Assembly: GCA_012031875.1 (NCBI GenBank)
Contig: JAAUSZ010000001.1
Coordinates: forward strand, 12,564 to 76,563
Length of the DNA stretch: 64,000 nucleotides
From: Desulfobacula sp.
Lineage (GTDB): Bacteria; Desulfobacterota; Desulfobacteria; Desulfobacterales; Desulfobacteraceae
Direction of reading: 5' to 3'
Every line of letters begins with the position of its first letter. The stretch's first letter is position 1. A program made the translations under genes and the position numbers. Positions 56,654 to 64,000 of the stretch are shown piece by piece. The notes under the pieces were generated by a model. The model was not told the origin of the DNA, ran no database searches, and saw only the letters and a list, made by a program, of their open reading frames with translations.

Positions 56654-56819
56654 GAACGGACCTCCTGCGATACAATAGGTTTATATCAAAAGCCTGAAAG
56701 ACCTTTTTTACTCGCGGGTAAAAGGATACGGGTCACAAACAATAAAAGTTCGGTATCCTGATCAATAGCACGGGAGAAATCCTTCCGTCCATAAAAATCT
56801 GAGGTTTGAAATCCGGGTT

Positions 56820-57185
56820 TTATTTAATTTTTCGAAAAGCGAGTGTCAGGTTGGCTGCCTTGAAACCAAGAACCAGTTCCCGGGCATTCAATTTGATGAT
56901 GTCCAGGCGTCCGGGGTCGGTTTTTTGACCGTTTTCATATACAAAGACAACCTCAATCTGGTTTCCCAGGATTTTATAGAGAAATTGATCCGCCACCCAG
57001 AAATACCGCTCCTTATCCAGGATCAGATTTCCGGTTCCATCCTTTTTCAGAAGGATAAGAATCTCACCGGGGCCGGCGTCAATGAGGCTTTCCGAATTCT
57101 CCCATTTCCCGACAATGCTTTGGGGGGAGGAGGCGCCCAGGCAAAGAAGGGCGGAGAACAACAGCACAATCAGTTTTTTCATCAT
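56820..57185 (-). CDS. Exported hypothetical protein (lipocalin-like)
   Basis: Signal peptide, SIVGKW, terminal FRKIK; overlaps the regulator stop codon. Confidence 0.65.
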   Translation of the reverse strand: MMKKLIVLLFSALLCLGASSPQSIVGKWENSESLIDAGPGEILILLKKDGTGNLILDKERYFWVADQFLYKILGNQIEVVFVYENGQKTDPGRLDIIKLNARELVLGFKAANLTLAFRKIK

Positions 57186-58532
57186 TCCAGGTCAAAGGCC
57201 TTTATTTTTCTCCAAAGCGACACCCGGTCGATCTCCATGATCTCGGCGGCCTTGGATCTGTTCCAGTTTGTTTTCTCAAGCACCCATTGGATATAATTTC
57301 TTTCCTGCTCCTTCATGGTGGGGATCTTCCCGTCGGGCTGGACCCGGTAAGTCTCAATGGCGAGCTGGGTGATATGATCCGGCAGGGCCTCGGGATGGAT
57401 AATATCGCCGGTTCCCATGGCCACGGCCCGCTCGATGACATTTTCAAGCTCCCTGACATTGCCGGGCCAACTGTACCGGACCAAAAAATCCATGGCCGTG
57501 CGATCAATCTCTTTGATGTCCTTGCCCATCTCCCGGCTTTTTTCCCGAGAAATGATAGGCCAGAAGGGGAATATCGCCGTGCCGCGCCGTCAGCGGCGGC
57601 AATTGAATGGTCACCACATTCAGGCGGTAATACAGGTCCTGCCGGAAGGCTTCCCTTTCCACCTCATGCTTCAGATCCCGGTGGGTAGCGGCAATGAATC
57701 TCAGGTCCACGGGAATGGTGGTGGTGCCGCCGACTCTCATCAATTCTTTTTCCTGCAATACCCTCAGGATCTTGACCTGCATGGTCAGGGGCATGTCTCC
57801 GATCTCGTCAAAAAAAACCGTGCCCTTGTCGGCAAATTCAAAAAGCCCTTTCTTGGTCTTTCCGGCCCCGGTAAAGGCTTCTTTTTCATGGCCGAACAAT
57901 TCATTGGCCATGAGGTCTTCGGAAAAGGACCCGCAGTTAAAGGCCACCATTTCATGGCCGCTCCGGTGGCTCTGGCTGTGGATGGATTTGGCCACCAGTT
58001 CCTTGCCGGTGCCGCTTTCCCCCAGAATCAGGACGCTGATATCGGTTTTCGCAATCCGGGCAATGTTTTTTTTAACCTCATTCATGGCCGGGCTGTTGCC
58101 GATGATAAAGGGCGGTTGAATCTCTTTTTTCATGGCGTCTTTGAGGGCAAGGTTCTCCAGTTGAAGGGATCTTTTTAAAAGGGCTTCCCGGATGATGCGC
58201 CGGACCTCGTCTATTTTATAGGGCTTGGCAATATAATGATACGCCCCCTCCCTCATGGCCGTGACCGCGCTGTCCACGGTGGCGTAGCCCGTGATCAGGA
58301 TGACTTCGGTATAGGGCTGCAGCTTCCGGCTTTGTTCCAGGACCTGGAGGCCGTCCACCTTTTTCATTTTATAGTCGGTGATGATCAGGTCAAAACTCCG
58401 GGATTTGATCAGGGTCAGCCCCTTGGTCCCGCTGTCCACGGCAACGACGTGATAGCCTTCTTTTTCAAGGATGTGCTCAAGGTTCCGCCGCGCGATTTCC
58501 TCGTCTTCAATAATCAGAATCTGTTTTTTCAT
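57182..58532 (-). CDS. NtrC-family sigma54-dependent response regulator (frameshift near 57540)
   Basis: REC, GESGTGKE, ELFGHEKEAFTGA, FRQDLYYRL, WPGNVRELEN, Fis-type HTH. Confidence 0.93.
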
Positions 58533-60004
58533 ACCCTCTCTTTTCCGCCGCCGGCCGGCAGGCTCACCGTAAAGACCGTCCCCCGGCCCAAACCGCTTTC
58601 CACCTGGATGGTCCCCCCATGCTGCTCAATAATCCCATGGCTGATGGACAAGCCCAGCCCGGAACCCTTGCTGACTTCCCGGGTGGTAAAAAACGGGTCA
58701 AAGATCCGGGCGAGATTCTCCTTGGGAATGCCCCCTCCCGTATCCGCCACCTTAAACACAAAGAGGGCCTCTTTCTCCTCCTTATAGGCGGAGATGATGA
58801 GCCGGCCGCCCCCTTCCATGGCATAGACCGCATTGATGATGAGATTCAGCAGCACCTGCTGGATCCTCCTGGGGTCCATATTCCCCTCAAGGGTGTCGGG
58901 AACTTCGATATTCACTTCAATATTAAAAGGGATTTCGCCGCTGATCAGATGCATGGTGCTGTGGACCAGGTTCTTGAAAATCACCTTTTCAACGGAAAAA
59001 TCGCTCTGTCTTGAAAACTCCAGCAGGGCCCGGATAATATCCCTGGCCCGGTCGATCTGTTCCTCGGCCTCAAGCAGCAGGGTCTTTTTAAATTCCGTAT
59101 CCGGATCATCCAGCTCTTCCCGGATGATCTGGATGGAGGTTGAAATATTGTTCAGGGGATTGTTCAATTCATGGGCCACTCCCGAAGTCAGGGTGCCCAG
59201 GGAAGACATCTTTTCCGCCTGGACCAGTTGGTCCTTTCTTTTGCCCAATTCATCAAGCATATTATTCAGGCTGTCGGCCAGGGATTCAAATTCATCCCCG
59301 GTCCGGATCTTCGGAATCTTGTTGAAATCCCCGCTGACGATTCTCTGGATGCTCTTCTCAATGGATTTGAGCGGGCGGTTCACATTCTTGGCCAGGAAAA
59401 AAGCCGTGAGAAGGGACAGGATAAAAAGCGAGGACAGCGAGGCAATCAAATAGGTTTTGGAGCGGTTGAGCAGGGCCAGGACCCTTTCCCGCTCCCGTCT
59501 CTCCACCTCTTCAATGTCCGTTGTCAGGACCCGGCCGATTCCGGTCACGGTTTCCTGGAGGACATTGATTTCCTTTGACTGGAGGGGATCTTCTCCCTTT
59601 TCCGCCACCCTTGAATAGGCGTCGTGGAGCTGCTGCAGATTGTTTTTATAATTGAGAATGCTCTCAGTCCGCTTTCTGACCGAGGCTTTGTCCTCCAGGA
59701 GTTCTGAAAAATCATTCTCAATGACGGCCTGCTTTTCCGCTGTTTTTTCAATATAGGAGATGGCCAGCTCAAGGTCGCCTTTGCTGTTTCGCAAAAAGAA
59801 ATTCTTTTCATACCGCCGGGCTTCAAGAACCGTATCCAGAAGCTCTTTTTTTTTCTCGATAATATTCAGTTTCTGGTTGATGGTTGAATGGCTGAAATAG
59901 CTGAAAAACCAGATGGCGCAGTTCACCACCATGAAAATGAGAAAATGAAGAAAGATCTTTTGTCTGAGGTTAAACTTCATGGGAGGCATTGTATCGTTAA
60001 TCAT
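58529..60004 (-). CDS. Sensor histidine kinase (periplasmic helical sensor, HAMP)
   Basis: 2 TMs, LEARRYEKNF, HAMP, VAHELNNPL, DTGGG, GSGLGL. Confidence 0.93.
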   Translation of the reverse strand: MINDTMPPMKFNLRQKIFLHFLIFMVVNCAIWFFSYFSHSTINQKLNIIEKKKELLDTVLEARRYEKNFFLRNSKGDLELAISYIEKTAEKQAVIENDFSELLEDKASVRKRTESILNYKNNLQQLHDAYSRVAEKGEDPLQSKEINVLQETVTGIGRVLTTDIEEVERRERERVLALLNRSKTYLIASLSSLFILSLLTAFFLAKNVNRPLKSIEKSIQRIVSGDFNKIPKIRTGDEFESLADSLNNMLDELGKRKDQLVQAEKMSSLGTLTSGVAHELNNPLNNISTSIQIIREELDDPDTEFKKTLLLEAEEQIDRARDIIRALLEFSRQSDFSVEKVIFKNLVHSTMHLISGEIPFNIEVNIEVPDTLEGNMDPRRIQQVLLNLIINAVYAMEGGGRLIISAYKEEKEALFVFKVADTGGGIPKENLARIFDPFFTTREVSKGSGLGLSISHGIIEQHGGTIQVESGLGRGTVFTVSLPAGGGKERV

Positions 60005-60064
60005 CCATCCTCAACAAGTACAATTTTTCTTTTTTGGGCCGGGCAAAAGGTCATAATACCCGAA

Positions 60065-60104
60065 GACGGCGCTCCCGGCCTTGTGAACCGCGGATAGCGC
60101 CGTC
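60065..60104. other. Intergenic stem-loop between transporter and kinase
   Basis: GACGGCGCT ... AGCGCCGTC 9-bp arms with additional inner pairing. Confidence 0.5.
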
Positions 60105-60135
60105 AATGAAGGGGTTAAAACCGTCCTGATCCGCC

Positions 60136-61947
60136 TTATTGAATTCCATAGAAAAAATAGATCATGCTCAGCTCAACGGCCAGGAAAAGAACCGTCATGA
60201 TGCCCCCGGCCTTTGCATAATCCACGGTTCGGTAGCCCCCGGGCCGCATGACCAGGGCATTGACCTGGTGGGTGGGCAGAACAAAGCTGTTGGAGGCGGA
60301 AAGGCCCACCACCAGGGCCGCCATCCTGGGGTCACTGCCGGCCATGATGGCCATGTTCATGCACAGGGGAACCAAAAGGACCGTGGCCCCGACATTGGAA
60401 ATCACCAGGGTGAAAAAGGTGGTCATGATGCCGATCACCGTGAGAAGAAGGATGGGGGACGGGGTCCCGATGAACCCCAGCACGGTCTGGGCGATGAAGG
60501 CCGCGGTTCCCGATTTTTCAAAGGCAATGCCCAGGGGAATCAGCCCGGCCAGGAGAAACACCGTCATCCAGTCCACGGCCCCGTAGGCCTCGTCAATGGT
60601 GAGAACCCCGGTGATGATCATGCCCAGGGCGCCTGACATGAGGGCCACGGACAAGGTGGTATCGAAAAGGATCACCTGCAGCAGGGCCACGGCAAACCAG
60701 GCCACGGCCAGCACGGCTTTCTGGGGACGAAGGATCTCCCCTTCCAGGGGGGAGGCAAAAATCAAAGCCCTGGGTTGGGGACGGTTTTTCAGGATATGGA
60801 ATTTTTCCCAGGGACCCTGGAGCAGAAGGGTGTCTCCCATGCTCAGACGGATATTGGTGAGCCCGCTGTAATATTTTTTATTGCCCTTGAACAGGACCAG
60901 GGGGTTTAACCCGAAGAGTTCCTTAAAATCCACCTCATTCAGCGTCTTGCCGATGAGTTCGGACCTGGGGGAGACTACGACTTCGGCCATACCCGCATTG
61001 GTATTGGCCAGGGAATCGGCAAAGGTGTCAAGGGTGTCCTTGATCTCCCATCCATATTCCCCGGCCAGTTGTTCAATATTTTCCCTTTTGCCCACCACGG
61101 CCACATCATCATTGGGGGAAATGGATTCATAGCTGTGGGGCACATGGTTGGTGGTCCGGTTGGAAGGGGAACTGATCCCGATGACCGTCACCAGGAATTT
61201 GGGGCGGATATTCAGGTCATCCAGAACCCCCGTGACCCCTTTTTCAGGCACATGTAGCTCCACGATATTATTGACGCCCTGGTATTCCTTGATCAGCATT
61301 TCAGAGGCGCCCTTATTGAACTGGCCGGTATTGGCCGGAAGGATCCATCTGCCGAATACCACAAAATAGATGAGAGCGGAAAGCGTCAGGCAGAGGCCGA
61401 TGGGGGTCTGGGTAAAGAGGCCGAAGGGTTCCAGTTTTTGCCCGCCCACCACCATGAGATCGTTGAGAATAATGGTGGGGCTGGCTCCCACCAGGGTGAG
61501 AGTACCGCCGATGATGGCGCAGAATCCCATGGGCATGAGAACCCTGGAGGTGGGGATGCCCAGGCGTTTGGATATCCTCTGGGTCACGGGCATGAACAGG
61601 GCTGCCGCACCGATATTCTGCATCATGCTGGATATGGTGCCCACGGCTCCGGCAATCAGGAGGATGACCTTGCTCTCGCTGTTGCCGGCCAGGGCCATGA
61701 TGGGTTTGGCCACCTTGTTCATGACGCCGGTCTTGTCCAGGCCCGCGCCGATGATGATCACGGCGATGATGGAACAGACCGCATTGCCGGCCAGGCCTGA
61801 AAAGGCCTCCTTGGGGGTGACAAGGCCCAGGATGGGCAACAGGACCATCATCATGATCCCCACCACATCCACCCGGACCCATTCAAAAACAAATAAAAAG
61901 ATTACAAAAACAAGGACGATCATGGTCATCATCATTTCAGGCGTCAT
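60136..61947 (-). CDS. SLC13/DASS-type permease with two TrkA-C (RCK_C) domains
   Basis: RVDVV, GGTLTLVG, central SELIGKTL domains, VDW.TVFLLAG, LPTHQVNALVM.PGGY. Confidence 0.9.
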   Translation of the reverse strand: MTPEMMMTMIVLVFVIFLFVFEWVRVDVVGIMMMVLLPILGLVTPKEAFSGLAGNAVCSIIAVIIIGAGLDKTGVMNKVAKPIMALAGNSESKVILLIAGAVGTISSMMQNIGAAALFMPVTQRISKRLGIPTSRVLMPMGFCAIIGGTLTLVGASPTIILNDLMVVGGQKLEPFGLFTQTPIGLCLTLSALIYFVVFGRWILPANTGQFNKGASEMLIKEYQGVNNIVELHVPEKGVTGVLDDLNIRPKFLVTVIGISSPSNRTTNHVPHSYESISPNDDVAVVGKRENIEQLAGEYGWEIKDTLDTFADSLANTNAGMAEVVVSPRSELIGKTLNEVDFKELFGLNPLVLFKGNKKYYSGLTNIRLSMGDTLLLQGPWEKFHILKNRPQPRALIFASPLEGEILRPQKAVLAVAWFAVALLQVILFDTTLSVALMSGALGMIITGVLTIDEAYGAVDWMTVFLLAGLIPLGIAFEKSGTAAFIAQTVLGFIGTPSPILLLTVIGIMTTFFTLVISNVGATVLLVPLCMNMAIMAGSDPRMAALVVGLSASNSFVLPTHQVNALVMRPGGYRTVDYAKAGGIMTVLFLAVELSMIYFFYGIQ

Positions 61948-62020
61948 TTACAATATTCTCCATTCAATAGTCATCATCGGATATTCCCCTTTACCGGCGC
62001 AGGGCGGCAAGACCGCGCCC

Positions 62021-62110
62021 CTATTTTTTATTTTCATTCCGGAAAAAATAACAAAGCGAGCCGACGGCAAGGATCAGCACAATTCCTAAAATAAACTGGG
62101 TATCCATCAT
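62021..62110 (-). CDS. 29-aa single-TM small protein (absent from ORF track)
   Basis: AAGGAG RBS right after the upstream stop; MMDTQFILGIVLILAVGSLCYFFRNENKK*. Confidence 0.65.
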   Translation of the reverse strand: MMDTQFILGIVLILAVGSLCYFFRNENKK

Positions 62111-62116
62111 TTCTCC

Positions 62117-62668
62117 TTAATTCATGGAATAGACACAGAGACGCTGGGCAATCCGTTTTTCATTGCCGATCACACCCCTTGCCCTGGCCGGTTCCCGGTT
62201 TTCGGAAATAATAAACTCGATCTCACCGCATTCCTTTGCAACCGCGGCAACGGCATGGTCCAGATCTGAAGCATGAACGGTATGGGCGAATTTCAGTCCC
62301 TGATCCAGGGCTCTGGTCCGGAAGGCCTCGGCATTCCGGGTCGCGGTTTCCTTGAAATCCGCAAACAATTTGTCATGGGTGGTTGAAAAAAATTCAGTGA
62401 TGTCATGGGTGATACTGGCGGCATTCACCGCGATAATGCCGTAATTCATCCGGCCGGCCATCTCCAGGGCGTAGAGCATCATATCATCGGAAAACCGGCT
62501 CTCATGGGTGGCGACCACGACATTCCGGCCCCGGGTCTCCGCACAGGATAGGGCGGCCTGTTCGCCGGCCTGGATCCCGGCCTCGGCAAAGGTGATGGCT
62601 TCCTGATAATCATCTACTTTTTTGTTAAATATCTGCAATTTCGTTTTCAGTGTATTAAAAAATGCCAT
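62117..62668 (-). CDS. Universal-stress-protein-like hypothetical protein
   Basis: AITFAEAG motif followed by NVVVATHESRFSDDMMLYALEMAGR...IIAVN (USP-like beta1-alpha1-beta2). Confidence 0.6.
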   Translation of the reverse strand: MAFFNTLKTKLQIFNKKVDDYQEAITFAEAGIQAGEQAALSCAETRGRNVVVATHESRFSDDMMLYALEMAGRMNYGIIAVNAASITHDITEFFSTTHDKLFADFKETATRNAEAFRTRALDQGLKFAHTVHASDLDHAVAAVAKECGEIEFIISENREPARARGVIGNEKRIAQRLCVYSMN

Positions 62669-62716
62669 GGTATTCCCCCTTAAAACGGTTAATCTTTATT
62701 TTCCCGTTTCATATTG

Positions 62717-62732
62717 AGCAAATTGCATACCA
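62717..62732 (-). promoter_or_regulatory. sigma54 (-24/-12) promoter
   Basis: TGGTAT-GCAAT-TTGCT, about 50 nt upstream of ATG 62668. Confidence 0.75.
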
Positions 62733-62808
62733 GGGGCGGGTAATCCCTTAGAAAGGCCCGTTGCCGGGGCAATACGGGAAAAGACGGACCCACGGGACAG
62801 ACCGGCTT

Positions 62809-62910
62809 TGTTTCACAATGCAACCCTGATACCGGGCTTGACAAATTCCTCTTTAACAAAGGGGGGTTAGGCCCTATTTCACTTGACAATGCCTTGTTAC
62901 GATTTGCAAC
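62809..62910. promoter_or_regulatory. Two candidate enhancer sites for the NtrC-type activator
   Basis: TGTTTCACAATGCAAC (62809-62824) and TGTTACGATTTGCAAC (62895-62910), both near-palindromic GTTnCnnnnTGCAAC. Confidence 0.55.
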
Positions 62911-63038
62911 GAATTTCATTTTTTTTATTTAAATTCCAAGGGATTACCCTGAATAGAAATTTCAAACCCAGGGGTTTTTCCTTGACTTCCGGAAGGGCCG
63001 GGAGTAGATATCCGGAAAACGGGAAAAAGGCCATCTAT

Positions 63039-64000
63039 ATGAAACGTTTCTTTAAAAAAGACTCTCCAGAGGAAAACCATACGGACGAAATTGATGAATT
63101 AAGACAGGCGGTTCTGGATATCCGCATGCCCGAATCCGTCGAACCCATTGTTTTAAAGGAAGTGGACCGGCTCTTTAAAATCAGCCCCTCCTCCGCGGAA
63201 TACACCATCGGCATCAATTATATCGATTATCTCATCACCCTTCCCTGGAACCGGTTTACCGACGACAACCTGGATATGGACCGGGCCGAAGCCATTCTCA
63301 ACAAGGACCATTACGGCCTGGACGAAATCAAGGAAAGAATTCTGGAACATCTGGCCGTGCGGCAGATGAAGCTTTCCGTAAAAAACACCATCCTGGTTGT
63401 GGATGATGAAAAAATGACCCGGATGAACCTCTCCCATGTCCTGACCAAGGAAGGCTATGAGGTGGAAACGGACTCCAGCGGCGGCGACGCCCTGGAAAGG
63501 CTTTCCCGCAGGCATTTTGACCTTGTCGTCACGGATCTTAAAATGGACAAGGTGGACGGTCTCATGCTGCTGGACGTGATCAAAAAAAACAGCCCCGGCA
63601 CCGAGGTCATCATCATCACCGGGTATGCCACGGTTTTAACCGCGGTGGATGCCATTAAACGGGGGTCCTTCCATTTTATCGCCAAACCCCTGAAGCTGGA
63701 CGAAATCCGGTCCACCGTCAAGAGCGCCCTGGCCAAAAAAACCGGGGCCGTCCAGGCAAAAAGCCCGGTCATCTGTTTTACCGGGCCTCCCGGCATCGGC
63801 AAGACCTCCCTGGGGCAATCCATTGCCACCAGCCTGGAACGCAAATTTGTCCGGATATCCCTGGCCGGGATGAAGGACGAGGCCGATATCCGGGGCCACC
63901 GGCGGTCCTATGTCGGCGCCCTTTCAGGCCGGATCATCCAGGGAATCCGGCGGGTGGAATCCGCCAACCCGGTCTTTATGCTGGATGAAATCGATAAGAT
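63039..64000 (+). CDS. lon: Lon (La) protease homologue lacking the N-domain, with inserted receiver domain (3'-truncated by window)
   Basis: Manual translation: SAEYT...YIDYLITLPW...LNKDHYGLDEIKERILEHLAV, REC (about 63381-63740), ICFTGPPGIGKTS...DEADIRGHRRSYVGALSGRII...NPVFMLDEIDK. Confidence 0.92.
   Translation, partial: MKRFFKKDSPEENHTDEIDELRQAVLDIRMPESVEPIVLKEVDRLFKISPSSAEYTIGINYIDYLITLPWNRFTDDNLDMDRAEAILNKDHYGLDEIKERILEHLAVRQMKLSVKNTILVVDDEKMTRMNLSHVLTKEGYEVETDSSGGDALERLSRRHFDLVVTDLKMDKVDGLMLLDVIKKNSPGTEVIIITGYATVLTAVDAIKRGSFHFIAKPLKLDEIRSTVKSALAKKTGAVQAKSPVICFTGPPGIGKTSLGQSIATSLERKFVRISLAGMKDEADIRGHRRSYVGALSGRIIQGIRRVESANPVFMLDEIDK

Noticed and set aside
56654-56819. Possible c-di-GMP riboswitch upstream of the MCP
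   Set aside because: No GGCAAA / GNRA-tetraloop-receptor architecture on the minus strand
1-64000. CRISPR arrays, rRNA and tRNA genes
   Set aside because: No regularly spaced repeats or recognisable RNA gene signatures in any intergenic region on manual reading

Overview
Chromosomal window from a GC-rich anaerobe whose gene content suggests a Desulfobacteraceae-type sulfate reducer (inference). About 20 genes are broken by 1-nt indels in homopolymers, most likely uncorrected long-read errors. In order: a CecR/YbhGFSR-type ABC efflux operon; a ~160-nt structured intergenic element ahead of a small HEAT-like ORF; an MFS transporter; a decayed alpha/beta hydrolase; an Fe-S protein and DUF3786 gene divergent from an FeS-LuxR regulator; rdgB, nitroreductase, B12-radical SAM and DUF6178; an antitoxin stub; a CheR-less chemosensory cluster with a c-heme MCP; a PPTase; a five-gene phosphorelay; znuCB and an AI-2E transporter; selenocysteine formate dehydrogenase fdhABE followed by two exported thioredoxin-fold proteins; a MalT-like STAND-BTAD regulator; REC-STAS; a Mo/W-bisPGD oxidoreductase; GIY-YIG; an AT-rich DUF2971 islet; mtnN; a Cache-PAS-GGDEF-EAL protein; a mobB remnant; rapA; and an MCP. 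The right end holds the best candidate system: a sigma54 operon (USP-like protein, unannotated 29-aa membrane peptide, SLC13/TrkA-C transporter, sensor kinase, NtrC-type activator) divergent from a Lon-family ATPase that lacks its N-domain and carries an intact receiver domain just before Walker A. The ORF track missed this gene because it runs off the window. No rRNA, tRNA, CRISPR array or intact mobile element was seen.
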